NCBI GenBank assembly: GCA_004764695.1
Contig: SMSO01000034.1
Coordinates: forward strand, 1,550,001 to 1,614,000
Length of the DNA stretch: 64,000 bases
Source: Schizochytrium sp. TIO01
Lineage: Eukaryota > Protista > Bigyra: Labyrinthulomycetes
Reading direction: 5' to 3'
Below, in pieces: positions 11,635-22,385 of the stretch (position 1 is the stretch's first letter; each line of letters opens with the position of its first letter). A program made the translations under genes and the position numbers. The notes beneath the pieces are model-generated. The model was not told where the DNA came from. It did no database searches and was given only the letters and a program-made list of their open reading frames with translations.

Positions 11635-14600
11635 ATGGAGACCCCTCAGAAAACAATCAACAGCCACAAATCTTCTGATCACAGTGAGGATGTCCAGCTC
11701 GAAGATATCCGACTAGAAGAAGCTAATATCCCAAGCCCCAGTGTTCCTGGCAGCCTATCGGATTCTTTCGCCGCTTTCGGCAGCGCTTCCTCAAATTCTA
11801 CTCCTGAAAACCCTAGTTTGGACGATGATGTTATTGTCTCCAGCCCTTCTAAGGCCTCTGTGATCGAGGTTGACGTGTCTGAATTTACTCCTCGCAAACG
11901 TCGCGGTTCTGTCTCCTCGGCCTCTGATATGCGCAGTCCTCGCCTTGCCTCCCTTCTCAGCCCTACGAGGTCCCTCTGCGAAGGCTTTAGCAACGGTGTT
12001 ACGCTAGAGGAAGTTACGGAGAAGCTTCGTCGTGCTGACGACAAGCGGAGCTCCGTTTTGGGACTACGGAAAGAGAAGGCTGGTGCATGGAGCGAAAAAC
12101 ACCGACGAGCCTCAGAAGCAAGGCGCCGCGAGAGCCTTGAAAAAGCGAGCAACCTCGAGGCAAAACTCCAATCTGCGGAACGCCGTCGCAGTCTTCTCCT
12201 GGAAAAACAACAAGCTTCGGCTGCTGCTCAGGTGATCTACGCTCGAGGTGTGCAAGAAAGTAATGCTGCTTCGCAAGCTGCCGAGAGCTTTGAGAGGCGG
12301 GAGAACCTTGAGGAGAGACTTGAGCAGGCGTCAAAGAGGCGTGAGTCGTTTCTCGACGAGGTCTCTGGCAAAGCAGCAGCAACAACAGGAAGGGTATCCA
12401 CGGCACAAGAGCGAGAACAAGAACATGTACAAGAACGCCGCGAGGAGATTGATCGCAGGCTCTCGCAAGCCGCAGAAGCTCGTGAGGAGATGATTGGCTG
12501 TATCAGAGGCCGTGCTCACGAGCTTTCGGAACGCGTGGAACTTGCTAACGCTGCAGCACAGGCAGAAAAAGACCTTCGTCGCGCAAAGCTCGGATGCAGA
12601 CTCTCCGAAGCAGACCAGAGAAGAGCAGAGCAACTCGCGGCAACCCGTGAGAAAGCGCAGAATGCGAACGAAAAAGTTGTACGTAAGAGCGAGGAACTCG
12701 AGATCATGACTGAAGCACGAATGCAGCAGATTGCAGCGAAGATGGAAAGGGCAGACGAAGCGCGGCTTCAGAATATTGAGGACAAAAAGGCTCGAGCGCA
12801 AATTGTGGCGGAGCGCGTTCAAAGAACTGCTATGGAAAATGCGAGGGAGAACGCAGTGAGGAGGCATACTATTGACACGAAAATGGCAGCTGCAGCAGAA
12901 CAGAGGGACCTCGTGATAAATGAGAAAATGAAACGCGCTGGGCGAAACGGAGAACGCATGGAACGCGTGAAAGAAACAACTGAGAAGAAGGCAGAAGCGC
13001 AACTTGAAAAGGTGCAGGCGAAGCTTGATGAAGCAGCAAGTAAAAGAGCAGATGCTATCGATGCCAAAGTTCGCAAGGCGAGACGCCAGAGTGATCGCGT
13101 GGACCGAGCCAAAGAAGCGGCGAAAGATGTGGCGGATGATCGCCGCAAGAGCATTGAATTCAAGCTCGCCAGAGCTTCGGAAGCTCGTGATGAAATTCTC
13201 TCTGAAAAGGCGGCTCGCGCTGCTGAGGAATCGCGAAAGGTGGCATCGAGCAAGAGTACTCTTGAGGAGCAGGCAGATCGCCGACGACAAAGCCTTGATC
13301 GTAAACTGGGCGAAGCTCTCGAGGCACGCGAGAATATCCTTCAGGAGCGCAAGGAGAAAGCAGCAGCTGTAAATGAACGCGTAGACGAAGCGAGAAGGCA
13401 ATCTTTGGTAGATGCCGAGGCGAAAAGGGAACAAATCGCCAAGAAACTCGCGCAGGCAGAGGCCGCTCGGCAAGCAAAACTATCGATTGTGCAAACTAAG
13501 GCCAGCGATGAATCTGCCAAAGTAGAGGCTGTCGGCCAAGATATCCGACGCCGCCAAAGCGTTGAGTCCGAGCAGGCTCGAGAGCAGCTTGAGCAGCGCC
13601 TTGGAAATGCCTCTGAGAATCGCGAGGCAGTCTTGTCCGATCGCAAATTCCGTGCGACGAAGACTACAGATCGCGTGAACGACCGACTTCGGCAGCTTGA
13701 CGAGCAGACCGAACAAAGACGACGTGAACTCGAGCAGCGTCTTGAGGATGCTGCCGACAAACGATCCTCCAGCGTGGCTCAGAGGCAGGCCAAGGCCGGA
13801 CAGCAGATCTCCAAGGTGGTAACTGCTTCGGTGGCTTCTCGTGAAAGGGAGCGACTTGAGGCCGAAGCAAAGCGGGTTGCCTTAGAGCAACGCCTTGACC
13901 AAGCTGAACGATCGCGCTCGACAGTGTTGGCGTCAATCGCGGGTCGTGCTGCTGCAGAGATCCGCAAGGTTGATGAAGCTTCTGCTCAGGCTGAAGAACG
14001 CGTAGAGGAAATGCGGCGTACAATGGACCAGAAGCTTGAAGTGGCTGCAGAAATCCGTGAAGCTTCATTGCTTATGAAGCAAGTGAAGGCCTCGCAGCAG
14101 TCCACGCGTGTGGCGGACGCCAACATCGCACTCAAAGAGCGGACATCTCACCTCAGTAGCACAAAGCTTCGGCTACTCAATGCCAAGCTGGATCAGGCTC
14201 AGGAAGCGCGTTCCGCGGTTCTCTCGGATGTGGCTGCCAAGGCAGCTATCACGAGCGAGAAGGTGAAGCAAGTCTCTAAGACTCTCGAATCTGCATCGGA
14301 TGCACGCCGTGCCGAGCTGGAGCGTCGTATGGGTTCTGCGGCAAGCCAGCGAGAATGCGTCATTCACTCGAAGCAGGTCAAGGCTAGCTCGCACTCTGCC
14401 CGCGTGGAGGCTGCTGGTGAGGCACTAAAGCGGAACCAGTCTCATGAGCTAAACCAGCGTCGGCGTGATATGGATGATCGCCTTGAACAAGCAGCTGCTT
14501 CTCGGGGCGCTGTGCTCGAGTCTCGAAAGGCGAAGGCAGCCGGGGTCAATGAGAAGGTGGCAGTTGCCCTAGCGGCAATGCAAGATGCTTCGGATGGTGA

Positions 14601-14898
14601 GCGTGTGGCCCTTTCGGAGCGTATTGATACCAAGCTGAACCAAGCTAACCAGCGACGCAGTAGTCATTTGGAGGATACTCAGAAGAGGTCTGCAAAGATT
14701 GCTGAGCATGCGCGAAATGTGGCCAAAGCAAAGCTTGAAGAACAAAACGAAAATGCTGAACGTTCACGCTTGGCCATTTCTAGTAAGCTGGAGTCTGCTG
14801 ATGAGCGCCGTTCCAACATCCTTGCGCAGAAAATGAGTCCTACTCGTGGCACGCGCCGCTCTACAGGAGTTCTGTCACCTGCCAATGGTGCGCGTTAA
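11635..14898 (+). CDS. 1087-aa helical protein with 20 stathmin-like repeats after an SP/TP-rich N-terminus
   Basis: Recurrent [KR][LM]xxAxxxRxxx[LIV] core (e.g. KLQSAERRRSLL, KLESADERRSNIL). The first three spacings counted are 47, 51 and 47 aa. Confidence 0.85.
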   Translation: METPQKTINSHKSSDHSEDVQLEDIRLEEANIPSPSVPGSLSDSFAAFGSASSNSTPENPSLDDDVIVSSPSKASVIEVDVSEFTPRKRRGSVSSASDMRSPRLASLLSPTRSLCEGFSNGVTLEEVTEKLRRADDKRSSVLGLRKEKAGAWSEKHRRASEARRRESLEKASNLEAKLQSAERRRSLLLEKQQASAAAQVIYARGVQESNAASQAAESFERRENLEERLEQASKRRESFLDEVSGKAAATTGRVSTAQEREQEHVQERREEIDRRLSQAAEAREEMIGCIRGRAHELSERVELANAAAQAEKDLRRAKLGCRLSEADQRRAEQLAATREKAQNANEKVVRKSEELEIMTEARMQQIAAKMERADEARLQNIEDKKARAQIVAERVQRTAMENARENAVRRHTIDTKMAAAAEQRDLVINEKMKRAGRNGERMERVKETTEKKAEAQLEKVQAKLDEAASKRADAIDAKVRKARRQSDRVDRAKEAAKDVADDRRKSIEFKLARASEARDEILSEKAARAAEESRKVASSKSTLEEQADRRRQSLDRKLGEALEARENILQERKEKAAAVNERVDEARRQSLVDAEAKREQIAKKLAQAEAARQAKLSIVQTKASDESAKVEAVGQDIRRRQSVESEQAREQLEQRLGNASENREAVLSDRKFRATKTTDRVNDRLRQLDEQTEQRRRELEQRLEDAADKRSSSVAQRQAKAGQQISKVVTASVASRERERLEAEAKRVALEQRLDQAERSRSTVLASIAGRAAAEIRKVDEASAQAEERVEEMRRTMDQKLEVAAEIREASLLMKQVKASQQSTRVADANIALKERTSHLSSTKLRLLNAKLDQAQEARSAVLSDVAAKAAITSEKVKQVSKTLESASDARRAELERRMGSAASQRECVIHSKQVKASSHSARVEAAGEALKRNQSHELNQRRRDMDDRLEQAAASRGAVLESRKAKAAGVNEKVAVALAAMQDASDGERVALSERIDTKLNQANQRRSSHLEDTQKRSAKIAEHARNVAKAKLEEQNENAERSRLAISSKLESADERRSNILAQKMSPTRGTRRSTGVLSPANGAR

Positions 14899-15540
14899 TC
14901 TCTCCCTTTTTTTGCCCGCTCAATTTTCTTTTTTGATGCACCGGGCAGGATGTTGCTTTTTTGTTGTATGCGCCTGTCATCAATACTGCCATTTCTTTGG
15001 GACTGTTGCTCTCAGCACATGTATCTGATTTGGGACAACCAGGTATGTAAGCTTGATCCCCCGCTTTTCAGAGGTGTCAAATGTTTTCGCAGTTGCCTTG
15101 ATTGGTGCTGCTATTCCTGAAGTCTTCCCTGTTTTTTCATATCTTACCACTTGCAAGCCTCTTTTTTTTCTCTTCAATTTTAAGAAGGGGTTACTTTATC
15201 ATAGTAGATCAATCAATTCTCCAACACGAAAATACAAAAAAAAATACATCATTATAATAATAATAATCACCATTTTAAAATTTTGTATAACCTGCTAAGC
15301 TTGAAGGTTCCAGTAAATATTAGACTGAGAAGCTGGCAGATATACCCATACACATGTGTTAGGTAGATTTCCAACTCAAACGAGAAGTACAAATTAAACA
15401 ATTTTATTATATTGTTCAATTACCAGCGCCGAGTGTTTGATTATTCGACTCCAGAGGTTTAGTTTTCTTCGTCCTACCTTGGGTAGGTTAGCATTCCAAT
15501 ACAATCTACAATACGATTCAGTCTACGCAAGCCAGAAAGA

Positions 15541-16302
15541 TCATCCCTCGATAATTCTTTTCTCCTTGTACATGCGCATCGCAAATTTTCCAAGCTCAGT
15601 TTGTCTGTAATTCTCGATAAGTTGCTTGTAGTCGTCTGAGAACTCATTCTCAGGAGGAAAGTACTGAGCCCCTCCAAACAGGTTGGGAGGAGCTAGCAAA
15701 GGATACATAATTGCAGCAAGAGCAATATTCGTGGCAGTGAGGTCAGTAGGATGGGTAACCCCATTTGTGATACCCATTTGATTTTGCACTTTGACGACAA
15801 GATCTGAAAGACGGTTCTGCTGCTCCTCCACGTACTGGTCTGATCGAACATAAAGACGAGAGAGAACACGCCTAGTCAAACCAATGAGCCAATACCAAGC
15901 TGTTCTTTGAGCAAATGATGACTCTTTCGAAAGTCCAGATACAACCGGTGAGTCAATAAGTTTATCATACGCCACAGTTCGGGCTGTGTCACCAAGCTCA
16001 TCGATCAGACCTTGCAGTTCTTCACTAGGCATCGCTCCGATGCTGCTTGATCCGTTTTCAACTGCATACTTCAAGATGCTCCAGGAGTCAGGTTTGCAAG
16101 CTCCATCCGAAAGAAGAAGGTATGGCACTTGCTTGCGAGATGTGCCAGGTTTAGAAGGGAGGACGCCAGGTAGAATATGAACCACGGGAAGCCCAGAGCG
16201 TTCTTCAAAACGTATTTTGGCTGCGGTGAGAGCCCATCTCGCTGACTCCGCATAATGCGAGATCGTGATGGTACACAGCACCGGTAGTTCTAGCTGTGTC
16301 AT
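15541..16302 (-). CDS. Glutathione S-transferase-like protein, about 253 aa from the first ATG
   Basis: TITISHYAESARWAL N-terminal thioredoxin-fold motif, QVP cis-Pro loop, DSWSIL motif, C-terminal LTATNIALAA. Confidence 0.78.
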   Translation of the reverse strand: MTQLELPVLCTITISHYAESARWALTAAKIRFEERSGLPVVHILPGVLPSKPGTSRKQVPYLLLSDGACKPDSWSILKYAVENGSSSIGAMPSEELQGLIDELGDTARTVAYDKLIDSPVVSGLSKESSFAQRTAWYWLIGLTRRVLSRLYVRSDQYVEEQQNRLSDLVVKVQNQMGITNGVTHPTDLTATNIALAAIMYPLLAPPNLFGGAQYFPPENEFSDDYKQLIENYRQTELGKFAMRMYKEKRIIEG

Positions 16303-16709
16303 ATTCGCCACAGTTCTCCCTTCGCTGCGTCAGGCGCCCGCTCCCGGACTGCGATAGTGTGGAGTTATTGGTTTGCAAGACTCTAAAAGCACCAGTGCCG
16401 TTGTTACATTAAAAAAAAATATTATATTATATACATGACATACATATATTCAGGACTACGGCCCCTTCTACCAGCCCAGCACTACGTCCCCTAAAAGTTC
16501 GTTCACAAGGTAAATTCACGAGTCTTCCTCCACCGCCTTCCTTCTTCCACCAGATCTGCCAGCGTGCCGAGCTGCATGCACTGCTCGCGCCCAAACTTTG
16601 AGTTTAATCTTCATTTGCATCACACCTCTTATCCCAGCCACCTCCACTTAGGCCTCTACCTCCCTTAGAGCGGCGACACTTCCAGAGCACCTCTAACAAT
16701 CCACCAATG

Positions 16710-16825
16710 CATCAATCAATCAACCAACACATCAACACATCAATACACATCAATACACATCAATCAATCAATCAATACATCAATACATCAATACATCAAT
16801 ACATCAATACATCAATACATCAATC
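16710..16825. repeat. Degenerate (CATCAATA)n / (CAAT)n tandem repeat
   Basis: Direct reading. Confidence 0.9.
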
Positions 16826-16893
16826 CCCTCAACTCAACGTAGTCTCGAGGAGGCTCAAATCAAGCACGGACTCAGCTCACCAAAGTAGCTCAA

Positions 16894-16953
16894 CAAAAGC
16901 CAAAAGCCAAAAGCCAAAAGCCAAAAGCCAAAAGCCAAAAGCTAAGCCAAAGC
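16894..16953. repeat. (CAAAAGC)n heptamer repeat
   Basis: Direct reading. Confidence 0.9.
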
Positions 16954-17234
16954 TTCGTTGTTCTGAAGCTTCTCCCGAGGTCACTCACTCACTCGCATTC
17001 GGTGTCTTCTTGGCGCCTTTGGTTGGCGTCCTTCGCGTCCATGTTCCCATCGCTGCGAAGGACCGCAGCAGCAGCAAGAAAGAAAGAAAGAAAGAAAGAA
17101 CTCCTCTGCGTCAGTGAGTGCGTCTTCAACCCAGCTCACTGACCCTGGGTTGGCGCACGGGGGACCAGGGTTGGTAGGGCCCCGCTAGCCGTGGCTAGGG
17201 GAAAATGTGGCGCCCCGGGACCAGCAGTTCCGCA

Positions 17235-17248
17235 GTATTGCGCAATAC
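17235..17248. promoter_or_regulatory. Perfect 14-bp palindrome GTATTGCGCAATAC with C/EBP-type bZIP core ATTGCGCAAT, in the divergent GST/pirin intergenic region
   Basis: The palindrome is seen directly; any regulatory role is inferred. Confidence 0.3.
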
Positions 17249-17993
17249 AACAAAATACAATCAATAAGCTGAGGACGAGAAACAACCTCAGGTTGGCACG
17301 TTCATTCATTCATTCATTCATTCATACATTCATACACTCACTCAGACACTCAGACACGCGTTGATGCATACATGGAAACAGCGGAGCGCGTTTCGTAAGA
17401 CTTGGAGTTCTGCGAGTTGGCGTTTTCTTCGATGCCGGGCTGGAAGTGGACAGAATGGATTGGATTCCAAGATCGATGCATCAACTAACTCAACGACGGC
17501 GAGAACCACCTACCAGGCAAGACCTGCCGGAGCATCGACCGATATCGCGGCATGAGGTGCTAACGACAGGCGGACCAGACTCTGCTTTTGCATTTATCGC
17601 AATCGATCCACGAATACGCTCGGCATTTCAAGCTGCCAGCCGGGAGCTCTTGAAGGGCACCGGCAGGAGCAGCAATTGAATTGAATTCCGCAGCAGAGCC
17701 CAGGGAGCGTAGCCAAACGCCTAAGTGGCGCCTAGTGGCGACCAATTGATGGATCAATTTGCCCTCGGTCTGGTATTAGCTGCACCATGCTCATAAACGA
17801 AGCGATTCGAAGTTAGCATTGTGGAAGCTAAAGGATCAATCACCTGGGTTAAGAAAGGCCAACCCAACGCCACGCCAGCCTCACCTGCTGCTGTTGAACC
17901 TGGTACTGCCATAGACCCAGGCTTCCTTACCCCACCATGGACCAGGCAGAACCCAGAGTCCAGGATCCATCGCCAAGGCCACAGAACAAGTAA

Positions 17994-18024
17994 GTACGTA
18001 CGTACGTACGTACGTACGTACGTA
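17994..18024. repeat. (TACG)n microsatellite
   Basis: Direct reading. Confidence 0.95.
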
Positions 18025-18718
18025 TTATACAGCACACTCCTCAAAGACCATCCCAGCTACACTCCCCCCGTTCCCACTATTCTCTCTGTTACCTTTATTA
18101 CCTACGTTACCTTGGTTCCCTATGTTCACATTGTTACCCTCGTTACCTTGGGCTCGAAGCGAGGATATCCTTGGAGATACGTTAGATCATGATATTCTCG
18201 ATCATGCGTGATATACTTGATCTTCAGTGATATGCTTTTGTATAGGAACGAATAGATGCGGGTTCCCAGCTAGTGTGGTGTGGGTACAGTTTGGGGTAGG
18301 AAGCTGGGTAGTCGGAAAGCGCCTTGGCGGGATCCGAGCGAGCGGAATCCGCCTTTGCGCGATCCTGGGGTCTGAAGATTGGCAAAGGTTGGCGAGGAAG
18401 AAAGCCTCGTGGAAAGCGTCTTGGCACCCGGCAGACACGTAACTCTTGGCTGCGACCTGCCTTGATATTGCAAACATAGCAGGTGCCGCGAAAGAGGGCT
18501 CAAAGACTTTGTTTGGGTGCTTTTCAGGATTCGTTGGAGGAGGACAAGAAGAGGAGGGAGGAGGTACGAGAAGAAGAGGCAAAATAGGGGCCTCGGCGAG
18601 CTTCGTGAGGAAGGCTTCGAGCGGCGTCCTGGTGGCAGGAGCTGCTGTCTGGGGCGAACACGCTTTTGCAGGAAAGACAATTGCTCGGGCTGCAAGTACG
18701 TGTACTGAGAACAACATC

Positions 18719-19543
18719 ATGTCTTCTATTCGCAAGGTTGATGAGGGTATCCTCTTCGTGTCAGAGCCCAACCCATTCATGTTTGGTAATGGCAAGAATG
18801 ACCCGAACAATTCCGCATGGACCAATAAAAACTGGCTCAAAAGCAGATTCCACTTCAGTTTTGCAGAGTATCATAACCCTCGCAACAGCCACTTTGGAAA
18901 GATGCGTGTTATGAACGACGATTTAGTTCAGCCAAACCGCGGGTTTGGAGCGCACCCTCATGCAAATATGGAGATCGTCACCTATGTTGTTCATGGTGAG
19001 CTCAGTCATGCAGACAACAAAGGGAACCAGGAAAGCCTCGGTCGGCACAGCACACAATTTATGTCCGCCGGCCAGGGCGTTGTTCACTCCGAGTTCAACG
19101 ACTCCACGAAGTCTCCTGTTCGCTTCATTCAAATGTGGTTTATGCCCCGCATGATGAACATTGATACTCGCTATGGCTCAACGCAAGGTAATGCCGAAGC
19201 CCTCACTAATAAGTGGCAGCACCTTGTGTCTGATGATGACTCCTCCTTTTCTACGCCAGTGAAGATTTGCCAAGATATTAACATCTACGTAACCCTGCTC
19301 GATGAAGGCAAGGAAATTGACTTTCACGTTAACTCAAACCGCCAAGCATACCTTCTTTGTGTTGAAGGAACTGTTACGCTGCAGGGTACACGTGGCGATG
19401 GCAAGGAAGAGAAGACGGAGTTGAAAGCACACGATGCAGCTGAGCTCTTCGGCGACATTAAGCTCAACATGCACGCCGAAGCGACTGGCACCCATTTACT
19501 TTTGGTTGAGATGAAGAAAGATGGATCCTCACGCTTCGCATAA
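18719..19543 (+). CDS. Pirin-family bicupin (YhhW / quercetin 2,3-dioxygenase-like), 274 aa from the first ATG
   Basis: WLKSRFHFSFAEY, RVMNDD, GFGAHPHANMEIVTYV, H-D..GN, MSAGQGVVHSEFN, FIQMW: the His/His/His/Glu metal site. The frame is open upstream to at least 18446 without an ATG. Confidence 0.92.
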   Translation: MSSIRKVDEGILFVSEPNPFMFGNGKNDPNNSAWTNKNWLKSRFHFSFAEYHNPRNSHFGKMRVMNDDLVQPNRGFGAHPHANMEIVTYVVHGELSHADNKGNQESLGRHSTQFMSAGQGVVHSEFNDSTKSPVRFIQMWFMPRMMNIDTRYGSTQGNAEALTNKWQHLVSDDDSSFSTPVKICQDINIYVTLLDEGKEIDFHVNSNRQAYLLCVEGTVTLQGTRGDGKEEKTELKAHDAAELFGDIKLNMHAEATGTHLLLVEMKKDGSSRFA

Positions 19544-20401
19544 GCTTTTCTATTCTATATAATAGATCTGATATGGGCAGCCACACCCAATTATAATATC
19601 CAACAATTCTGTTTCACAAATGCCGATCAGGTTGAACCGTCGCGTCTTCCAGCCTAATGTACCAATGTAAAAGGGACTTAGTTACAATATTTTGCTTTTG
19701 AGTCAATCGACGTAAGATTTTATCATATCTATAGACTGAGTATCTCTTTTTTTAATTAGGTGCACAATTTTATGTTTAAGTTTAGATAGACTGCAGCTTC
19801 GTTGCAACCATCGTCAGCGTTTTAAAGTTTTGTAGTATAGGAGTGATATTTCTTCTTGTCCACAACAAGTTGCGAATTACGTCAGAATGACTATGCAACA
19901 CATTGATAGCTTTCACATTCTCAAGTCACCTGCTTTGTTACTTCTCGCTTCTCTCTTTGACCTGCTCCTTGCTTTTGCAAAGGTAGCCATAGTACCTCGT
20001 TAGGAAAGATTCACATCATCCCGTACTGAGAGTTGCTAGTAAGTGCAATAAACTTATACACCTGACTCAAAGGAATCATCCCAAATGCAACCCCAAAGAC
20101 CCTAGTTAGGAGGGCTTATATTGCAATTTCTTTCCTCAACTCGACACAAAATTGGTTCTACATGAGGAATGAACGATGTAGTCGTAGTTGGTTGGATTCC
20201 TAGCCCTACTAGTGCTATGTATAGTATCAACAATAGGAGTGTCCTAGTAACTAGACTTTCAGTGCTTTAAATTTGCGCGCTGACTTATCGTCGATTGCGC
20301 TGCGATCATCATACAAGTGCAGAAATATTAACAGCTCGAGACAGCAAAACTCTCGAGAGATGCGGGACTGGCAGCCTCTGCATATATCTCCTCGAAGCAA
20401 G

Positions 20402-21582
20402 ATGTCTGCGTCTCAAGCTGCAAAGCTCCGCGTGGTTAACCTCGTCGCCTGGACCGTAGTGGCAGCGTGTGCCATCGTAGCGGTGCTCAAAGGCGAGGAG
20501 CTCCAGGCATTGTCAGCGTATGACTCGAGTCCGATCGACTGGTGCGGTAAGTCTTTGCGTGAATATAATAGTGTTGGAATCAGCAACCGGGTGAGGCCAG
20601 CAAGGAACTTTGCAGGAGCAAGAGTACATCTATGTAAGGTCGTCATCGTTCTTGGTTTCGTGGCAGGATTTTATGTTACGGGAAGGAAACAAATGTAAAT
20701 GTGTATAATTGTAGAGCAACGATATCGGATCTACGCTCTATAAGGTGATTAGTGGAACGTTTTGGACAAGCATAACTGACAAGTGACTATTCCGATGTAT
20801 TCTAACCTTACAATATTGTGCATTTGATGCATTTTCTGGGATGGGGTCAATGATGTGTTGTTACAATATCAATAGAGATCAATTATGAGGTACATCCATG
20901 GGTAGCTGAGTTCTGGAACTCAATTTCATCTATTCCAATCGCCCTTGTGGCTCCTTTAGTTCGCATCAATGATCTAGTTCCACGCTACTTTTGGTCCGAG
21001 CTTCGATCAAGCATGGCGATTATTCTCTCTCTCATTGTCATTATTGGGATTGGATCTACCTACTTCCATGCTACCTTGAGCGTGTTTGGACAAATTATGG
21101 ATGAAATGGGCATTATTTGGATCGTACAATACTCTGCTCTTTTTATTCTGCCACCAGGTGAACACACGTTGCTGGTACAGGCAGCCTTTTTGCCTTCTGT
21201 CTTTCTCGGGTACATTTTTTTCTCTACCCTGTTGGGTCTATTCTTACCTATTGTGTCTCATATTCTTGTTCTTTCGTGTGCACCGATTGGTCTTTACATC
21301 CATGTTAAAGCATTTCAGCGCTCTCAAAGTAAGACCGCAAAACATCGTTTTCGCTTGGCCTTGCGCTTCTTCTTTGCGGCATGGGCATGTTGGCTTACGG
21401 ACCGCTTATTGTGCCCTCAAGTGCAGCAGCTCCGTGAGATCATTGGGTTTCAGCCCCAATTGCATGCTTGCTGGCACATCCTTATTGGTATTACAGCTTA
21501 CATACTTATCGGTGTGTGCTGCGAGTATGTTGCTGATGCACGCCGTGAAGTCAAGCAAGCTGAGCCTTTGGAAATTGTCTAA
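20402..21582 (+). CDS. Alkaline ceramidase (CREST superfamily); exons 20402-20546 and 20876-21582
   Basis: Splicing GTAAGT (20547) to CAATAG (20875) restores SSPIDWCE-INY...AEFWNSISS. GSTYFH, DEMGI and HACWH motifs; multiple hydrophobic segments. An alternative in-frame ATG lies at 20360. Confidence 0.92.
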
Positions 21583-22075
21583 GACCTTGAAAAAATTATA
21601 TGCTTCAATTACCTTTCATCGCTTTCTTTGAAGACAGACAAAACATATCTGTATATGCACAACATTTCTGTAGGTAGTAATAAGTGCTTATACTCAACCT
21701 CCAAGAGAAATGTACCATCCTCGATTATTACGAAGGGTGCATTATATGTTCTGAACTTTGTAAACCCATCTTCTTAGTGTTGTTCGAAAAAAGCAGATCC
21801 CACATCTGTTTGATATGTTGCCTACTGATAGATTTAAATAAGTCGGCATTATTAATTTGTGCAACGTTTTGATTTAGCAGTCGAATCACGGTTTGAAAGG
21901 AACACATCGAGAAAAAGTTAATATGGATTGTACTGAATTTACTCTTTAGAAAAAATGTGCGATGCACAACAAAAACGAATTAAATAATCATGAGGTCGGA
22001 TAGCTTATGCCCCGGCAAGAGAATACGCTACTCAGTGACCTATTGAGACAAAAAGGAAAGCAGCTCGTCAACCAT

Positions 22076-22198
22076 TTATTGGTCGGCCTTGTAAATAGGG
22101 AGGACACCAACGGTATCCAGACGAGGCCGTGAGATACGAGGCCGAGTGGGAACAGGCTCAGCCTGAACGTTGCGGCGAACAAACTTTGGCTGCTGCAT
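22076..22198 (-). CDS. Microprotein family member 1, 40 aa: MQQPKFVRRNVQAEPVPTRPRISRPRLDTVGVLPIYKADQ
   Basis: ACAATG start context; shares the RPRL[DE]TxxxLP[IM]Y and P.xVR motifs with paralogues at 24.3, 26.1 and 28.2 kb. Confidence 0.75.
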   Translation of the reverse strand: MQQPKFVRRNVQAEPVPTRPRISRPRLDTVGVLPIYKADQ

Positions 22199-22233
22199 TG
22201 TTATTATGAAGTAGAACTTTGGATAGTTTGCTA

Positions 22234-22385
22234 TGGAGGTTTGCTTTGGAGGTTTGCTTTGAGGTTTGCTTTGGAGGTTTGCTTTGGAGGTTTGCTTTGG
22301 AGGTTTAATTTTGGGGGTTTGCTTTGGAGGTTTGCTTTGGAGGTTTGCTTTTGGGGGTTTGCTTTGAGGTCTACTTTTGAGGTCT
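22234..22385. repeat. 13-bp minisatellite (TTTGCTTTGGAGG)n, about 11 degenerate copies, just upstream of microprotein 1
   Basis: Direct reading; it explains the KQTSKANLQSKPP translations seen in two frames. Confidence 0.92.

Noticed and set aside
12331-13473. 380-aa minus-strand ORF and other overlapping ORFs
   Set aside because: Shadows of the repetitive 1087-aa gene.
16707-18192. ORFs of 136 aa and 123 aa
   Set aside because: Largely translations of simple repeats (HQYINTSI, KAKSQKP, YVRT).
22234-22385. CRISPR-like array
   Set aside because: Contiguous tandem units with no unique spacers, no cas genes and a eukaryotic context.
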